From Vitrella brassicaformis CCMP3155 (Eukaryota > Protista > Chromerida): a DNA stretch of 64,000 bases. Numbering within the stretch: the first letter of the stretch is position 1; each line of letters begins with the position of its first letter. Both the position numbers and the translations under genes were made by a program. Location: NCBI GenBank assembly GCA_001179505.1, contig CDMY01001064.1, positions 124,001 to 188,000 of the forward strand, given 5' to 3'. Positions 22,901 through 34,927 of the stretch are shown piece by piece. The notes below the pieces were generated by a model. The model ran no database searches, was not told the DNA's origin, and saw nothing but the letters and a program-made list of their open reading frames with translations.

Positions 22901-25900
22901 CAGCCCTGATGAAATCTTCCATCCCGGCGGGCAGATCTTGGCCGTTGGCCGGGCCGAGCCGCTGCTGCAACCACGCTGCGTCGGAAATGAGGGTGGCGAG
23001 GAGGGTGTTGGTGTTGCCAATGTGCTTCTTGACGGTGGAGTTGGCTGTGGGGTTGGCCGCGGCCGCCGTGCCATGGACGATGGTAGACTGCAGCCATGCC
23101 AGGAGGGCCGAGGGGACATCCACCTCGTGTGGCGAGTCGGGGACGGGTGGCTGTCTGAGAAGCTTGGCAGCCGACCGTGGGTCGTGACGCGACACAGCGG
23201 CGATGAGAGCTATGGCGATCTTGATGGGATGGTCGAGCCGGTGTGCCCTTGGCGACGCGCCATCATCGACAGATCCGTCCTCACCCACCAGCACCCCCTG
23301 AAGCAACCACACACACACGTCGACCGCGAGACGTGTAGATGCGTGGCGTCGCATCCATTCATACCAGTAGGGGCTCGTCAACTTCCCTCGTCTGGTCCTC
23401 TCGCTGGGCGTCGGCGGCTACAGCACCCTGCGACCCGCCCTGGTCGGTGCGGGGCGTCATCTGCCTGGCCATGCCGCCGACCAGCTGCCACGCACTCCGC
23501 AGCACACGTGTCATGTCGAAGCTGCGCGGGAGCAGAATGCGATCGTCCTGAACGTACGAACGAACGAACGAACGAAGGAACGAACGAACGAACGGACAAA
23601 CGAAAAGCCATACAGTGCTCTCCAAACTGCGGTCCTCCCCACCTGCTGGTTCGTTGCGCCAAAGAGGAAGCGGCCCAGAAGTTGCGACAGCTGCCACTCG
23701 GAGGCGCCCTTGTCCAAACGCTTGGCCACCTCCCGGGCTATCTGCTGCGTCATCGGCTGCCGCCCCTCGCCCGCACCAGTGAGCGCATCTAGGCTCCACA
23801 GACGCACCGCCAGTCTGCCGAACCCCCAGCAAACGCGAAACCACTCCCTCTCAGCGCCCTCAATCGCTTGTGGAGGTGATGGAAACTCAAGCAGCGCGCT
23901 GCAGTGCGCCGAGGTGGAGGCGAGCCGCTTTGTGGCGCAGTTGAGGGCAGCTGTCTTGACGGGCAGGCCGACAGGGGAAGAGCGGTCACCCAAGTACGCA
24001 GCGACCAACAGAGCGACGTGCCACCGATCGTCTGCGCGGTCGTCACGCGCAAGGGCGAACAGCCGGTCCACTATGGCGGTGGCCATCTCGTCGGTTGACG
24101 CCAGGCGGCACAGGAGACCCAGCAGTTTGAGCTGCTGCAGCGCCACTGGGGCAGCCGCAGAGGTGGTGTGCGCGGCCTGCTCCCGTCGCTGCCCATGCCT
24201 CTCCTCCCCCTGCCGTCTCTGGGCCTCCCTCCTCTCCCTCTCGCGCCGCAGCTGTTCTAGCCCTCGATTGTCCATCTCACGACGGGACAGATACAGCTCG
24301 GGGTCAAACGGGCGGCCTCTCCGACGCCGCCCATCCGTCGGGTCCTCCTGGTGGTCGAAGAGTCCATCGCTTGGCTCGGGCTTGGCGGGTTGGTGGGGCT
24401 GCCAGGCATCGGGCAGCAGGGTGATGCAGCGGTCGAGAAGTGAGCGGAAGGGGTGGTAGATGTTGGGCTCGTGGGAGAAGACCCCATCGATGGCGGCGGG
24501 TAGCTCATCCGGGTTGTGGTGAGGGAGCTGGGTGAGCCACGTAGAGAAAAGGGACAACGCGTCCTCTCCCCCTCCCGTCTCAGTGGCAGCCTCCCCCTGC
24601 CTCCGCGCCCCCGGCCTCCCCTCCTCCCCCTTCAATCGTTGCCATGCAGCCCACAGCGCAGATCTCAGCTTGACGCCCTGCTCTGACCACGACCATCCGC
24701 TGTCCTCCACGCCCATCCTCTCCCGCAGACGCAGCCTTTGATCCAGAGGCAGACGCTTATAGGATGTGGCGGTGTCGGATGACGGGATGATGAGCGTGCC
24801 GTGGCTGCTCGACGCCAGCCGAAGGAAGAGCCGACTGCATGGGTCCTCCTCGAGCGTGCGGATGGCGTCCGACCACGGAGGAATGGTCCTTGGGTCCACT
24901 GCTGCCTCGGGGGGTGGCGCGTCCGCTGTCTCATCCTCGCCGTCTGGACCGGCCGACTCGTCCTCACCATCATGATGCATCCGATGCCTGGCGTCCCTCT
25001 CTCTGTGCCCGGCACGTCGCTGTTGCCTCCTCCCTCCCCGATGGACTCGCCTCTCTTTGTGGCCCTCTGCGTGCCGTCCTGGCGCCTTGGCTTGCCGCCG
25101 ACGCCGTCGGCCGGGGGGTTTGCGATTGGCGGGGCTAGGTGAGCGGAGGGGGGCATCCTGGGGTGGTCCAAACAGACTGTCATCGGAGTCGGATGCGCCG
25201 AAGAGACCGGTGTCATCCATGAGGTCGCTGGATGAGCCGCTGTCCTCCTGTCGGCCCATGCCGCCGCGTTGCCCCCTTCGCTGTTGATTGAGGAATCGAG
25301 AGAGGTGAGGGCCTCTCTCACCGCACTTCTGGTCCTTCTGGGAGCTCTTGACATTCTTGCGCTCTCTGCCTCTGGCGTAGTTGTGCTGTGCCACCCGCTC
25401 GAAGGCATGCTTGTCATCGTCGAACAGATTGTTGATGTTGTAGTAGAAGGTGGGAGATGGAGCTACGGCAGCGCGGCCGGCGAAGTCTGACAAAAGGAGA
25501 GAGATGGGGGACATCTGCTTACTGTGAGGGCTGACGGATGGGGTGCAGTGTCTGTGTGCGTACCGTCGTGTCCGCCTTCATCCTCCTCGTCATCATCCAC
25601 TATGTCTACTGGGGATTCTGAGCTCGCTCGCGACCGCCTGCGATGCCTCTTCCGGCCACCATGGCCACCTCTCCTCCCGCCGCCACCCTCACCCTCCTTC
25701 TTTGCAGGCCTCCTTTGCCTCTGTCGCTCCTTCTGGCTCACACCGCCGCCGCTGCTGCCGCTCTCACTCGATGTGTCGTCACTGTCACTGCTGCTGTCGC
25801 TCGACGATGAGTCCACCTCCATCTCGGCGGGCTGACCGTCGGGCTGGGCGTCCATATCGTCGTCGCCATCTGCTGCCTTGGCGCTTGCTGTCCTCGGGCG

Positions 25901-26850
25901 TTTCGGAGGCGGGGTGTTGGGGCGTGGGGATGACGGCCTCTTGCGGGGTCTGGGCTTCTCGGAATGAGCTTCTCCGTCCCTGGGGAAATACACGACTGCA
26001 GTGTGTTGGTTGTTCCCAACCGACGCACCTCGGGTGAGCAGCCCGTGCCTTCTTCCTCCTCCTCTTGTCCACATCGGGGTGCGCCGGTGCTCTGGGCTGC
26101 TGCGACGGTGGGTGCCAGGTGCTCGCCGCCTGATGGTACAGCCGCCACACCTCGCCCAGCAGCAGCTCTGTACGGGTCGTCAAGGCCTGCAGGCAGGCAA
26201 GGAAAGGAAGAATGGACATATATCAGTGTGGTGTGCGACAAGCGGGATCACTTCATCCACCATACTTCCTCCTTATGCTCACCTTACCTCATCCAGTGCC
26301 AGGTCATACGCCGCCACGACCTTGTCGGTCAGTTGCTTGGCAAACGTCGGCCGCACCCGTGGCAGGGACTCATCACCGCCGGCCTTGTGCAGCCTCTTGC
26401 ACCCCTCGGCGGACTCCGTCCACACCAACAGGGCCAACAGACGCCACAGCTCCACCCCCCAGCCCTCCACACCAAGCGCCTCATTGACGGCACGAATCAT
26501 CTGCACACCTTTGCGCAAGACCTCCTGGGCGCTCTGGCTGGTGGCGTCGACTGTGCGGCCTGAAAGCTGCTGCGCCGGCTGATGCTGCAGAGCCTCGACG
26601 ACGTCGATGAGTGTGCCGGGTGCGATGGGACCGGGCGGGTCAGCTGTGCGAAGGCGCTCCTGTATGCTGCACAGATGGACGACTTGAGCTGCCATGTGTG
26701 GCGGCAGGGGCTGGTGCGGTTGCTCCATGCCACCAGATGGATGAATCTCACCACACTGAAGGCAACGAGCGAGTCCGCAGCTGCGGGCAGGAGATGCGAA
26801 GCTGCCAGTGACTCATCATCTTCATCAATCCGCCACCAATCACCGTTCAT
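19979..26850 (-). CDS. Very large multi-exon hypothetical protein (acidic/basic disordered N-half, helical Leu/Ala/Trp-rich C-half)
   Basis: Chain of long minus-strand ORFs (26279-26728, 25785-26219, 25463-26074, 23511-25514, 22443-23381, 21835-22509, 20020-21210), with GT-AG sites checked in phase at several junctions, ending ...IKQEPMD*. Could be split into two genes; start (26728 or 26850) uncertain. Confidence 0.6.
23551..23597. repeat. (ACGA)n tetranucleotide microsatellite, one of many intronic (CA)n/(GT)n/(GACA)n/(GGAT)n tracts
   Basis: aacgtacgaacgaacgaacgaacgaaggaacgaacgaacgaacggac. Confidence 0.9.
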
Positions 26851-26911
26851 GAATGAGATCTGTTTCCTCCTCCTGCTGTAGGTTGGCGTCTAGGCAGAGT
26901 TGCCTTCCTCA

Positions 26912-26957
26912 GTATGTAGGGTATGTAGGGTCTAGGGTATGTAGGGTTTAGGGTATC
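26912..26957 (+). repeat. Degenerate telomere-like (TAGGG-containing) tandem repeat with G-quadruplex motif
   Basis: gtatgtagg gtatgtagg gtctagg gtatgtagg gtttagg gtatctg: five GGG runs with 4-6 nt loops, including one TTTAGGG. Confidence 0.75.
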
Positions 26958-27063
26958 TGCAAGCTCAATGGTTATCCTTCTTAAAAGAAAGGGCACATGC
27001 GATAACCCAGGAAGGCGTATGAGACGGCAGACATGAGACCTACTCAGCCGTGACTCATCGGTG

Positions 27064-27330
27064 ATGATTCATTGCCCGGAGATTCGGCGGCGGCTCATGT
27101 CCATCTTCAAGCAGATGTGTTACACCGCCCGACACGACTACCCAGGCGACGGCGAGAAGGAAATAGCCAAGATCAAGACATGGATCCGCCAGCGGCAGCA
27201 CCTCCAACAGCCCGAGGACCTCAAGAGGTCCCTGGCGTGGCTGCGCTTCTACCGGGGAGAGCTCGAGGCCACCATCTCACTCGCCAAGTATCGGGCAATG
27301 AAGAGGAGATACGACCGGACAGACAAATGA
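27064..27330 (+). CDS. LYRM5: LYR-motif protein 5 / electron transfer flavoprotein regulatory factor 1-like, intronless, 88 aa
   Basis: PEIRRRLMSIFKQMCYTARHDYP...ELEATISLAKYRAMKRRY aligns with the remembered LYRM5 pattern [20 protein letters not shown]...ELEALYFLRKYRAMKQRY. Confidence 0.85.
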   Translation: MIHCPEIRRRLMSIFKQMCYTARHDYPGDGEKEIAKIKTWIRQRQHLQQPEDLKRSLAWLRFYRGELEATISLAKYRAMKRRYDRTDK

Positions 27331-28798
27331 CCGGCGATTCGCTGACCCAGGCGAGTGACTGTATGGAGCGGTGCAAGGTGCTGTACAAGTCGGGCGGCCA
27401 GCGCCAGCAGTGCATCGTCCTTCTCGAGGAGACCCTCTCTTCGCTGCCGTCATGTGCCGAGCCTCCTGTTCTGGCGGAGCTGCATCACTGCCTGGGCGTT
27501 ATGATTGCGGAGGAGTCGTCTGATGCTTCTTGTTCTTCCCCTCCAAGCAGCAGGCGGGATTCACAAGACGCGGCTGAAGCTGCGGGTGCATTGCTTCATC
27601 TCGAGAAGGCCGTCGAGCTGCACCGCTCATGCGTCAAGTACTGGTGCAGCCTGGCGACGCTTCTCCAGCGGGCGGGGGATCACAAGCGCGCTCTCGAGGC
27701 AATCAGAGCGGCAACCGAGGTGGATGGCCACTGCATCAAGGCATGGGAAAGGCGTGGCAGTCTCTCACGGGGTCTCCGGCTTCACTCGGAGGCGCTGATG
27801 TGCTACGAGCGTCTCATGGCCGAATGTCCAGAGGATCCGTCTTGGCCCTTCTTCGCTGCTAAGGTGCTCTTGCGCGACGACAAGAGGTCTGCCAAAGCCG
27901 TGGCCTACCTCAGGAGGGCTGTCGAGCTGGACCCCACCAATGAGTGCGCGAGGTATTGGCTGGCGTTCTCTTCTGGCGAGGCGGATGGGGTCGACAAGGC
28001 GCCGTCATCGTACGTGCAGAAGCTGTTTGACGGCTACGCGCATTCATTCGAGTCACACCTGGTGGGCAAGCTGCACTATCAGACACCTCAGCTCGTGTGC
28101 CAAGTGCTGCGTGAGAATGGCCCCCTGCTATCGCCACCTGAGCCTCTGGACGCACTCGATCTTGGCTGTGGCACTGGGCTTGCTTGTCGGGCACTGAGGA
28201 GCGGTGACATGATGGAGCGCCTGGGCGCATCGCCCCTGACTCTTGTGGGTGTGGACCTGTCGGAGAAGATGCTGCGTGAGGCGGATGCTAGAGGGGGCTA
28301 CGATGCGCTGATACAAGGCGACATTCTTGAGGTGAGAAGATTAGGGGCATTCGACGACCTGTGCAGAACACACCTACTGTTTCCGTCTCTGCCGCTCTGC
28401 AGGTGCTCAAAAGGTGGCCAGACGTCGACATCTGTCTCCCCGCTGCGGCTGTGCGGCCCCCTCTGCCCCCGTCCTTCCACCTCATCGTGGCCTGCGATGT
28501 GTTTGTGTATATCGGCCACCTTGGGAGCGTCTTCGAGTGCATCTCTCCTCTGCTGCGCGAGGGGGGGCTGCTCATCTTCTCGACTGAGAGCGGCGACGCG
28601 ACTTCAGGTGACCGTGGATTCAGCCTGACTTCGACGGGCCGCTACTGCCACGGTCGGAGATATGTCGAAAGGGCGGTTGAGGCAGCTGGCGGGATGTCAG
28701 TGGTCTCCGTGAGGCACGAGATGCTTCGGAAGCAGGCCGGTGAACGCGTGATGGGCGATGTGTTCACTGTGAGGAGGAAGGCCACATCCTTGGCGTGA
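27327..28798 (+). CDS. TPR-repeat class I SAM-dependent methyltransferase (COG4976-like), one intron 28332-28402
   Basis: TPRs (ALLHLEKAVEL...YWCSLATLLQRAGDHKRALEAIRAA; AVAYLRRAVELDPTNECARYWL), YVQKLFDGYAHSFESHLVGKLHYQTP, SAM motif I ALDLGCGTG, LVGVDLSEKML, LIVACDVFVYIG, LREGGLLIFSTE and GRYCHGRRYV. Confidence 0.9.
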
Positions 28799-29359
28799 AG
28801 GGGCTTTTGGTTCGCGTTTTCCTTTGTGCGGACGATGGATGAGACTGCTTCTCGATGGATGAGACATATATGTGCTTCACGGTTTCACCACGCACAAATG
28901 GCTCACACTGCAGGCCAGGTTGTTCCGATGATTCTGTCCACCACCCGTCAAGTCAGACAGCACTCAACTACACTAATCAGGTCAGCTGTTCTGTCAAGTC
29001 GGGTCAAGTTAGTGCAGGGCGCAGCATTATCGAGCGCAACACGGATGGCAAAATTGACCGCTGACGAGTCAGTCAGACACGCAAAAGTCCCACGTAGTCA
29101 GGGACAGCCAAAAGACCGGAACATGGGTGCATCATACATACATGTCACACTTCTCCCCCCCTGTAGCCCTGCTGTCCGTACACACGTCTCTGTCCATGGT
29201 CGCACAGCCATTCGCACACGGAAGCTGGAATGGACGGAAGCAAGGGCGGACGGCTCATGCAGCCAGACTCGTTTTGCTTTCTCTGCAGAAACCACACGAA
29301 CGAAAGCAGTGGTCGAGACCCACTGATCGATCACTGTGTCCTTCGCCGTCTCACCGTTT

Positions 29360-32300
29360 TCAGCGTCGCTTTCGTTTCGCATCCATCCAACTGTGGTCCT
29401 CCTCCTCTTCTTGTTCTTCCTCTCGGCGGCGGCCACCGGAAGCTGCTTAACAACAAGCAGACAAAGCCAGAGAGTCAGTCATGTATGCATGCCCACATGC
29501 CCGCGTGCCTCACCGCTGCTGCCGTACTGAAGATCCCCCGTGGCCCCCTGGAACAGCTGCACGCCCTCCTGGGTTGGCCCGAAACCCCCCTCACCCCCAC
29601 CACCCCCACCGCCCTGCTGCGCAGCGCCAGCAGCAGCAGAAGATGCTGCTGCTGCTGCTGGAACAGCTGCCCCCTCCCCACTCCCTTGGTGGCCAGTGGG
29701 AGCGCCGGTGCCGAAGGACAGCGATGGTCCCGACAGCCGCCCCCGCCGTCCGCGTCTCCGCGAAGAGGGTGACGATGAGGGCGATGCCGATGCCGCCCCT
29801 TCTGCTGCTCCTGCTCCTGCTGCTGGTGCTGCTGCCCCACTGTCCTTGTCGGCCTGCTGGGGTGGGCCGAAGAGGGGGGCGGACTGGAAGGACTGGAGCG
29901 ATGTCGGCGATGCTGCTGCTGCTGCTGCTGTTGCCCCGAACAGATGGGCGGACGGCGGGAGTTGAAAGGCGAAGGACGAAGGGCTGCCCTTGAAGGCCAG
30001 CTCGGATGGCGGCCGTGGGGCGGCTCTGCCGGCGGTGTAGGTTCTGCCGAAGATGAGGGGGGTGTCCCTGTCCTCGGCCTCCTGCACACAACACACGCAG
30101 GAAGCCACGCATCGTGACGCATACATGATGTGGGTCTGTCTGTCTATCTGGTGTGTGCGCTTCCTTGCCTACACAGATACATACATATACTTACGCACCA
30201 TCCATTCCCACTCCCGCCTGGTCATGACCTCCTCCCAGCGGGCCGCGATGACCTCCTTCTCGCGCCGGTCCTTGTCCTTGACGAACACCTGCCAGTCCTG
30301 CGGACATCCGACACGCACAATCAATGAAAGGGAGTGGGATGAATGGATAGCTGCACCTCTTGTGGTATTGGGGAGAGCGGCAGCACGTCGCCTTGCCTCC
30401 AAGCCTGTCAACACAAAGACAACGCGGGACGGACAAATAAGTCATATGCACATCTGCACATCTGACGCATCACGAAGCCACGTACCAGCTCGACTGAGTG
30501 GTCGCCCCCTCCGTCGGCCTGGTCAACCAACACATGACAGAGAGACAGACAGACAGACAGACAGGAGAGTGACACATACATGCAGCTATAAATCTGTGGG
30601 GTGAGGTGAGTGGGTGCCAAGGTCCCATCTTACCTTTAGGACAAACTTGCGACGCAGCTCCAGGGAGTCCATCAGGTGGGGCTGGTACTCCACGTCGCTA
30701 TCGGCGGCGCTGCCCAGCTGCCCACTCTGGCCCACTCCCCTACAGGCAGACACATACGCACACAGACACATACGGACACCAACGACAGGCACAAATGACC
30801 GACCACATGAGACATGGTGGGTGACAGGCGACTTACCACGAGAAGATGTCCCCTGTCTGGTTGGTGGCCACCGTGTGGGTCCTCCCGGCACCGACGGAGA
30901 GGAAGCGCACCCCCTGAGAGACACAGGCAGACAGGCAGAGAGCCATAACAGTGACTTGTCCTTCGCCTGTGAGAGCTCACCTCGACCTTCCTGCTGCAGG
31001 GCACCGTCACGTCGACCAGGCGGTTGGAGACATCGAGGCCCGTGTTCTCGCCTGCACTACAGATACGCACAAACGAATGCGTGTGTGTATGGGGGTGGGT
31101 TTGATGTGTACATGTATCCTCCGTGGCCACATGTGTTGGCATTGCGTCCTACCCTTGCCCCAGGTCATGACGCTTCCGTCACGGATGAGGGCGATAGTGT
31201 GGAACTGCCCGCCACACAGGCTCACCACCTGCACACACACAGAGATAGATACCCAGACAGACAGACCACTTGCAGTCGCTGATCATCGGTCATGTCCACA
31301 CGTGTGGCTTACGTTCTTGTCGAACAGGGCCGGGATCTCGGTGAGGCGGTCGACGGTGTTGGTCTTGGTGCTGATGCCCACCTCCCCACACGAGTTGGAC
31401 CCGCACCTGCATCGACAACACACACGCGAGCCACACACCAATGTTCGTGTGCATGTGTGGGCCGCTGCCCGACCTTTCCCCACCCATAATGGCGTTTGCC
31501 GTCGTTGGCGGCCAACACCGCCGCCACGAAGGTGGCATTGCCACACGCCCACACGCGCCTGATGTCGGCCTCTTTGCCCAATCCCAACCTGCACGTGACC
31601 AACACAAAACACAGATGCATCTTCGGGGTTGCCTAAGTGCCCTCCATCTGTGGCGCCACTCACTGGTGTGTGGTGCGTCTGGTGGGGAAGAGGGCGGCGT
31701 CGAATGCCGCGCGGTCAGTGGGGCCTGTGGCGGGCGGCTCGGGGAAGGTCAGCTGGGAGAAGTCGTTGGCCCCCCACACGTACAGCTGACACACACACAC
31801 AAATACAAACAGACAGACAGACAGACATCGATGGTGGATAGTGTGTGTTGTGTGGTGGTACCACTTCCTTCGAGAGTGCAACGGTGTGGTTGTCGCCGCT
31901 CGCCAGCTGCTCCACGTCCATCAGGCCGGGCAGGCGATAGGGATAGAGCTGCTTCTTGACCGCACCACCCACCTTGACGCCGATGCGCTGGCCGTTGAAG
32001 ACCTGCAGCGACAAAACCAACCGCACAGACAACGGTGCAAACTCATGCACGTTTGTATGCGTGTATGTTTGTTTAGCTCGCTTACGGCATGGTTGAGGGC
32101 TACGGCGAGGCCCACAGCGCCCTCATCCGCCAAGACTAGCCTGGCCTTGCTGCACACACACACACACACACACGGGTGTGACGCGGATGCTGTCTGTCTG
32201 TCTGTCTGTCCGCCCTCTTGCTCACCTCGTGTCGTCGGCGTCCCGTCGAATGTGGCTCACTGTCGTCGGCAGCCGGCCCTCGAAGAACCCCCGCACTTGC

Positions 32301-34309
32301 TCGTTGGACGCCTCGGTGGGGAGGCCCGTGACGTCGAGGCGACGGCGGGGGAAGCCCTCGTGGCGGAACATGGCGTAGCTGGCCTGCATCCTCAGACACA
32401 CAGACAGACACACAGGGACATTAGTGGTTGGATGGATGTGTCTGGGGTGTTTGTGTGCGTGCGTCCCTCACCGAGTAGATGCCCCAGAGGTACACGCGCC
32501 CGTCGAAACCCAGGGCCGCCGTGTGGTGGCCGCCGCAGGTGATCTGAACGAACGGCCATGAAGAAATATATGAAGAATGGCTGCAGTGGATGGGCTGTGC
32601 CCCCATCTCTGCTGCCCACCTTCTTGACCGGCACCGGCATTTTCGCCACCAGCACTGCATCCCATCCACGCACACACACAAGAAGAGCAACAACAGCTGC
32701 TGTGGTGCTGTGCTGTGCTGTGCTGTGTGGTTGCTTGCATGGTGCTCACTTGGCGTGACGTGGTCGCCGTCCCGGCCGAGCTCGCCGTTGTCGCGGGCAC
32801 CTGACAGACAGACAGACAAGGGTCCGATGTTACGCCGGTGTGCACACACCGACCGTGTTGGTCGACGAATGCAATGCCTCTCTCGGTCACTGCACTCACT
32901 ACTCACTCACTACTTACCCCAGGTGTAGATGACACCCTGAAATGTCAACGCGGCCGAGTGGGCGTCACCCGCAGCGATGTCCCACACGCCCTTGCCCTCC
33001 AACGACTGAGCAACACACACATACATCCACAGACAGACAGACACAGACGTTGATTTGATAGACAGTGTCCTTTCATACACACATGCACACGTGGCCGCAT
33101 AGATGCGTGCGTACGGGAATGAGTTTGGGCTTGCGGCGTTCAAAGAGGCCAGCCCTGAGGCTGTACCCACACTGGCCGAACTCCACTGAGTGAGCAGACA
33201 GACAAGACAGACAATTAAGGCGATAGACAGACAGACAGACAAACAAACCCACCCCACCGTCATCCCATCCACCTCTCCCCTCGCCCATTGTGTGCACGTG
33301 CACTTACAACTGCCGTGTGAGTAAACATCGCCCACGGGCACCATCACGCCCATCCCGGCGCTGGTGTTCTCCCAGGCTCCCAGCAACACGTCCATCTGGG
33401 GCGCCGCCACGCCCGCGTTGCTGTTGGTGTTGTTGTCCTTGAGGGGTCGGCTGTGTGGGGGGCCTGGGGTGGGGTAGACCTTGGGCAAAATGACGGCCAG
33501 GGCGCTGGAGACGGCTGCGGCCACAGCTACACACACATGAATGCACACATGGGTGGGATGGGTACGTGATGGCATGCTCCTTTGACTCGTTTGACTCACC
33601 CGCGATGGCCTCTTCCTCCAGTCGCACGGTGCCGTCCTGACCCACACACACGCGGCACACAGGAGACCGACCGTACTCAAGTGGACAAACCATGGCGTTT
33701 TGCATACTTGTCGGCGTCTTGGCGAGTCCTCGATGGCGAGCGGCCGTGGCCCATCTTGGATGGCCAGCAGCCGGGGGGACCCGCCGAACGTGATACCTGC
33801 ACGATACGATCAGAACGCTCATGTACATTCCACGTGTGATGCGTTCGGCTTGGGAATACTCACGCGGCCGAGGAGCCTCTTCTTGAAGTTGCCGGCGATC
33901 TTGTGGGTGTGCCGGGCGGGCGTGGGGCTGATGGCGGCCCTCACGCCGGCCGAAGAGGCCCTCCATGGCCCGCATGATGCGCTCCTGCACACACACAGCC
34001 CAACACAAATCATACTTTTCCCATCGGTCCGTCTCCGACCACCCACTGCCTCCCACCAGCCCTCGCCGTCTGTCCCTCACTGCGATCTTGCCTCTTTGTG
34101 TGTTTTCTGACCTTGCAGCGCTGGATTGTGATGGTGGCCCACAGGATGGCGCCACCGGTGGCGAGGGCGAGGGCGGCGCGGCGGCGGCGGTGGGCATCTG
34201 CGATGGCAAGGTGGCAGGTGCCATGCACGAGGCACTTGGTCTTGCAGACCGGCACCATTGCACACCCCGCCTTGAAGACACCGCCGAAAATACTCTCGAA
34301 CAGGAGCAT
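29360..34309 (-). CDS. RCC1-repeat (regulator of chromosome condensation-like) beta-propeller protein
   Basis: Repeats: DVYSHGS|LEFGQCG, IAAGDAHSAALTFQGVIYTWG, ITCGGHHTAALGFDGRVYLWG, LASGDNHTVALSKE|LYVWGANDFSQL, LCGGQFHTIALIRDGSVMTWG, GVGQSGQLG. First exons traced in phase from ATG 34309. C-terminus ...DAKRKRR*. Confidence 0.88.
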
Positions 34310-34927
34310 TTCGCCGAAATTGATGAAAATTGATGAATAGATAAGGTTGTCTCGCGTCCAGCGCCCGAAGCGATCTGTCTCGTTGTCGGCTGATGGGGGC
34401 TTCCAGGACAAGATGAGTACAGCGATAGACAGCCCACGCGACGTCGGTCCGGATGCAGTCCTTTGCAAACGAAAATGCGTCCTCCTTCTCGGCACCTCGA
34501 TCCGATCCCACCAGCCATCACCGACTTATTCGCACTGCAAAGAGCGCCTCAGCAGGATGATGTGGCCGGATGGCCGAGGTTCGCGGCCTGGCGGATTTGA
34601 TGTCAGCGATGTTGCCGCGCTGCCGATGGCGAGCAGCGCCATGGAGAGCGTGTGCAGGCCGCCGCCACCGTGGAATCGTTGAGATCTCTGGCCGCAAGCA
34701 CCAGTCGCAGAACCACACACGAAATAGCGCAGATCGGCCCATCGGATGTAGATCTTCACCTGCAGGCACACACAGCACAGGCAGGAACATTGGCAGTGTA
34801 ATGGCGTCCCATTTTGAAGGGGAGGCTTCTGCTAGCTCAGATGCAAAGCTCGCAATCGGGGGCATTCCGATTCTGTCTTTTTGGTTTCTCCAATGGAGTC
34901 TGTGTCTGCAGCGCCAAGTAACGATGA

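Noticed and set aside
27064-28798. Bacterial contamination explaining the operon-like overlap
   Set aside because: LYRM5 is a eukaryotic mitochondrial family, the methyltransferase has a spliceosomal intron, and the flanks are continuous with host-type genes.
34526-34771. Minus-strand ORF VKIYIRW...GGGGLHTLSMALL as an extra RCC1 repeat
   Set aside because: The RCC1 gene has a phase-consistent start at 34309, this ORF stops upstream of it, and the resemblance is weak; coding status of 34350-34900 remains unresolved.
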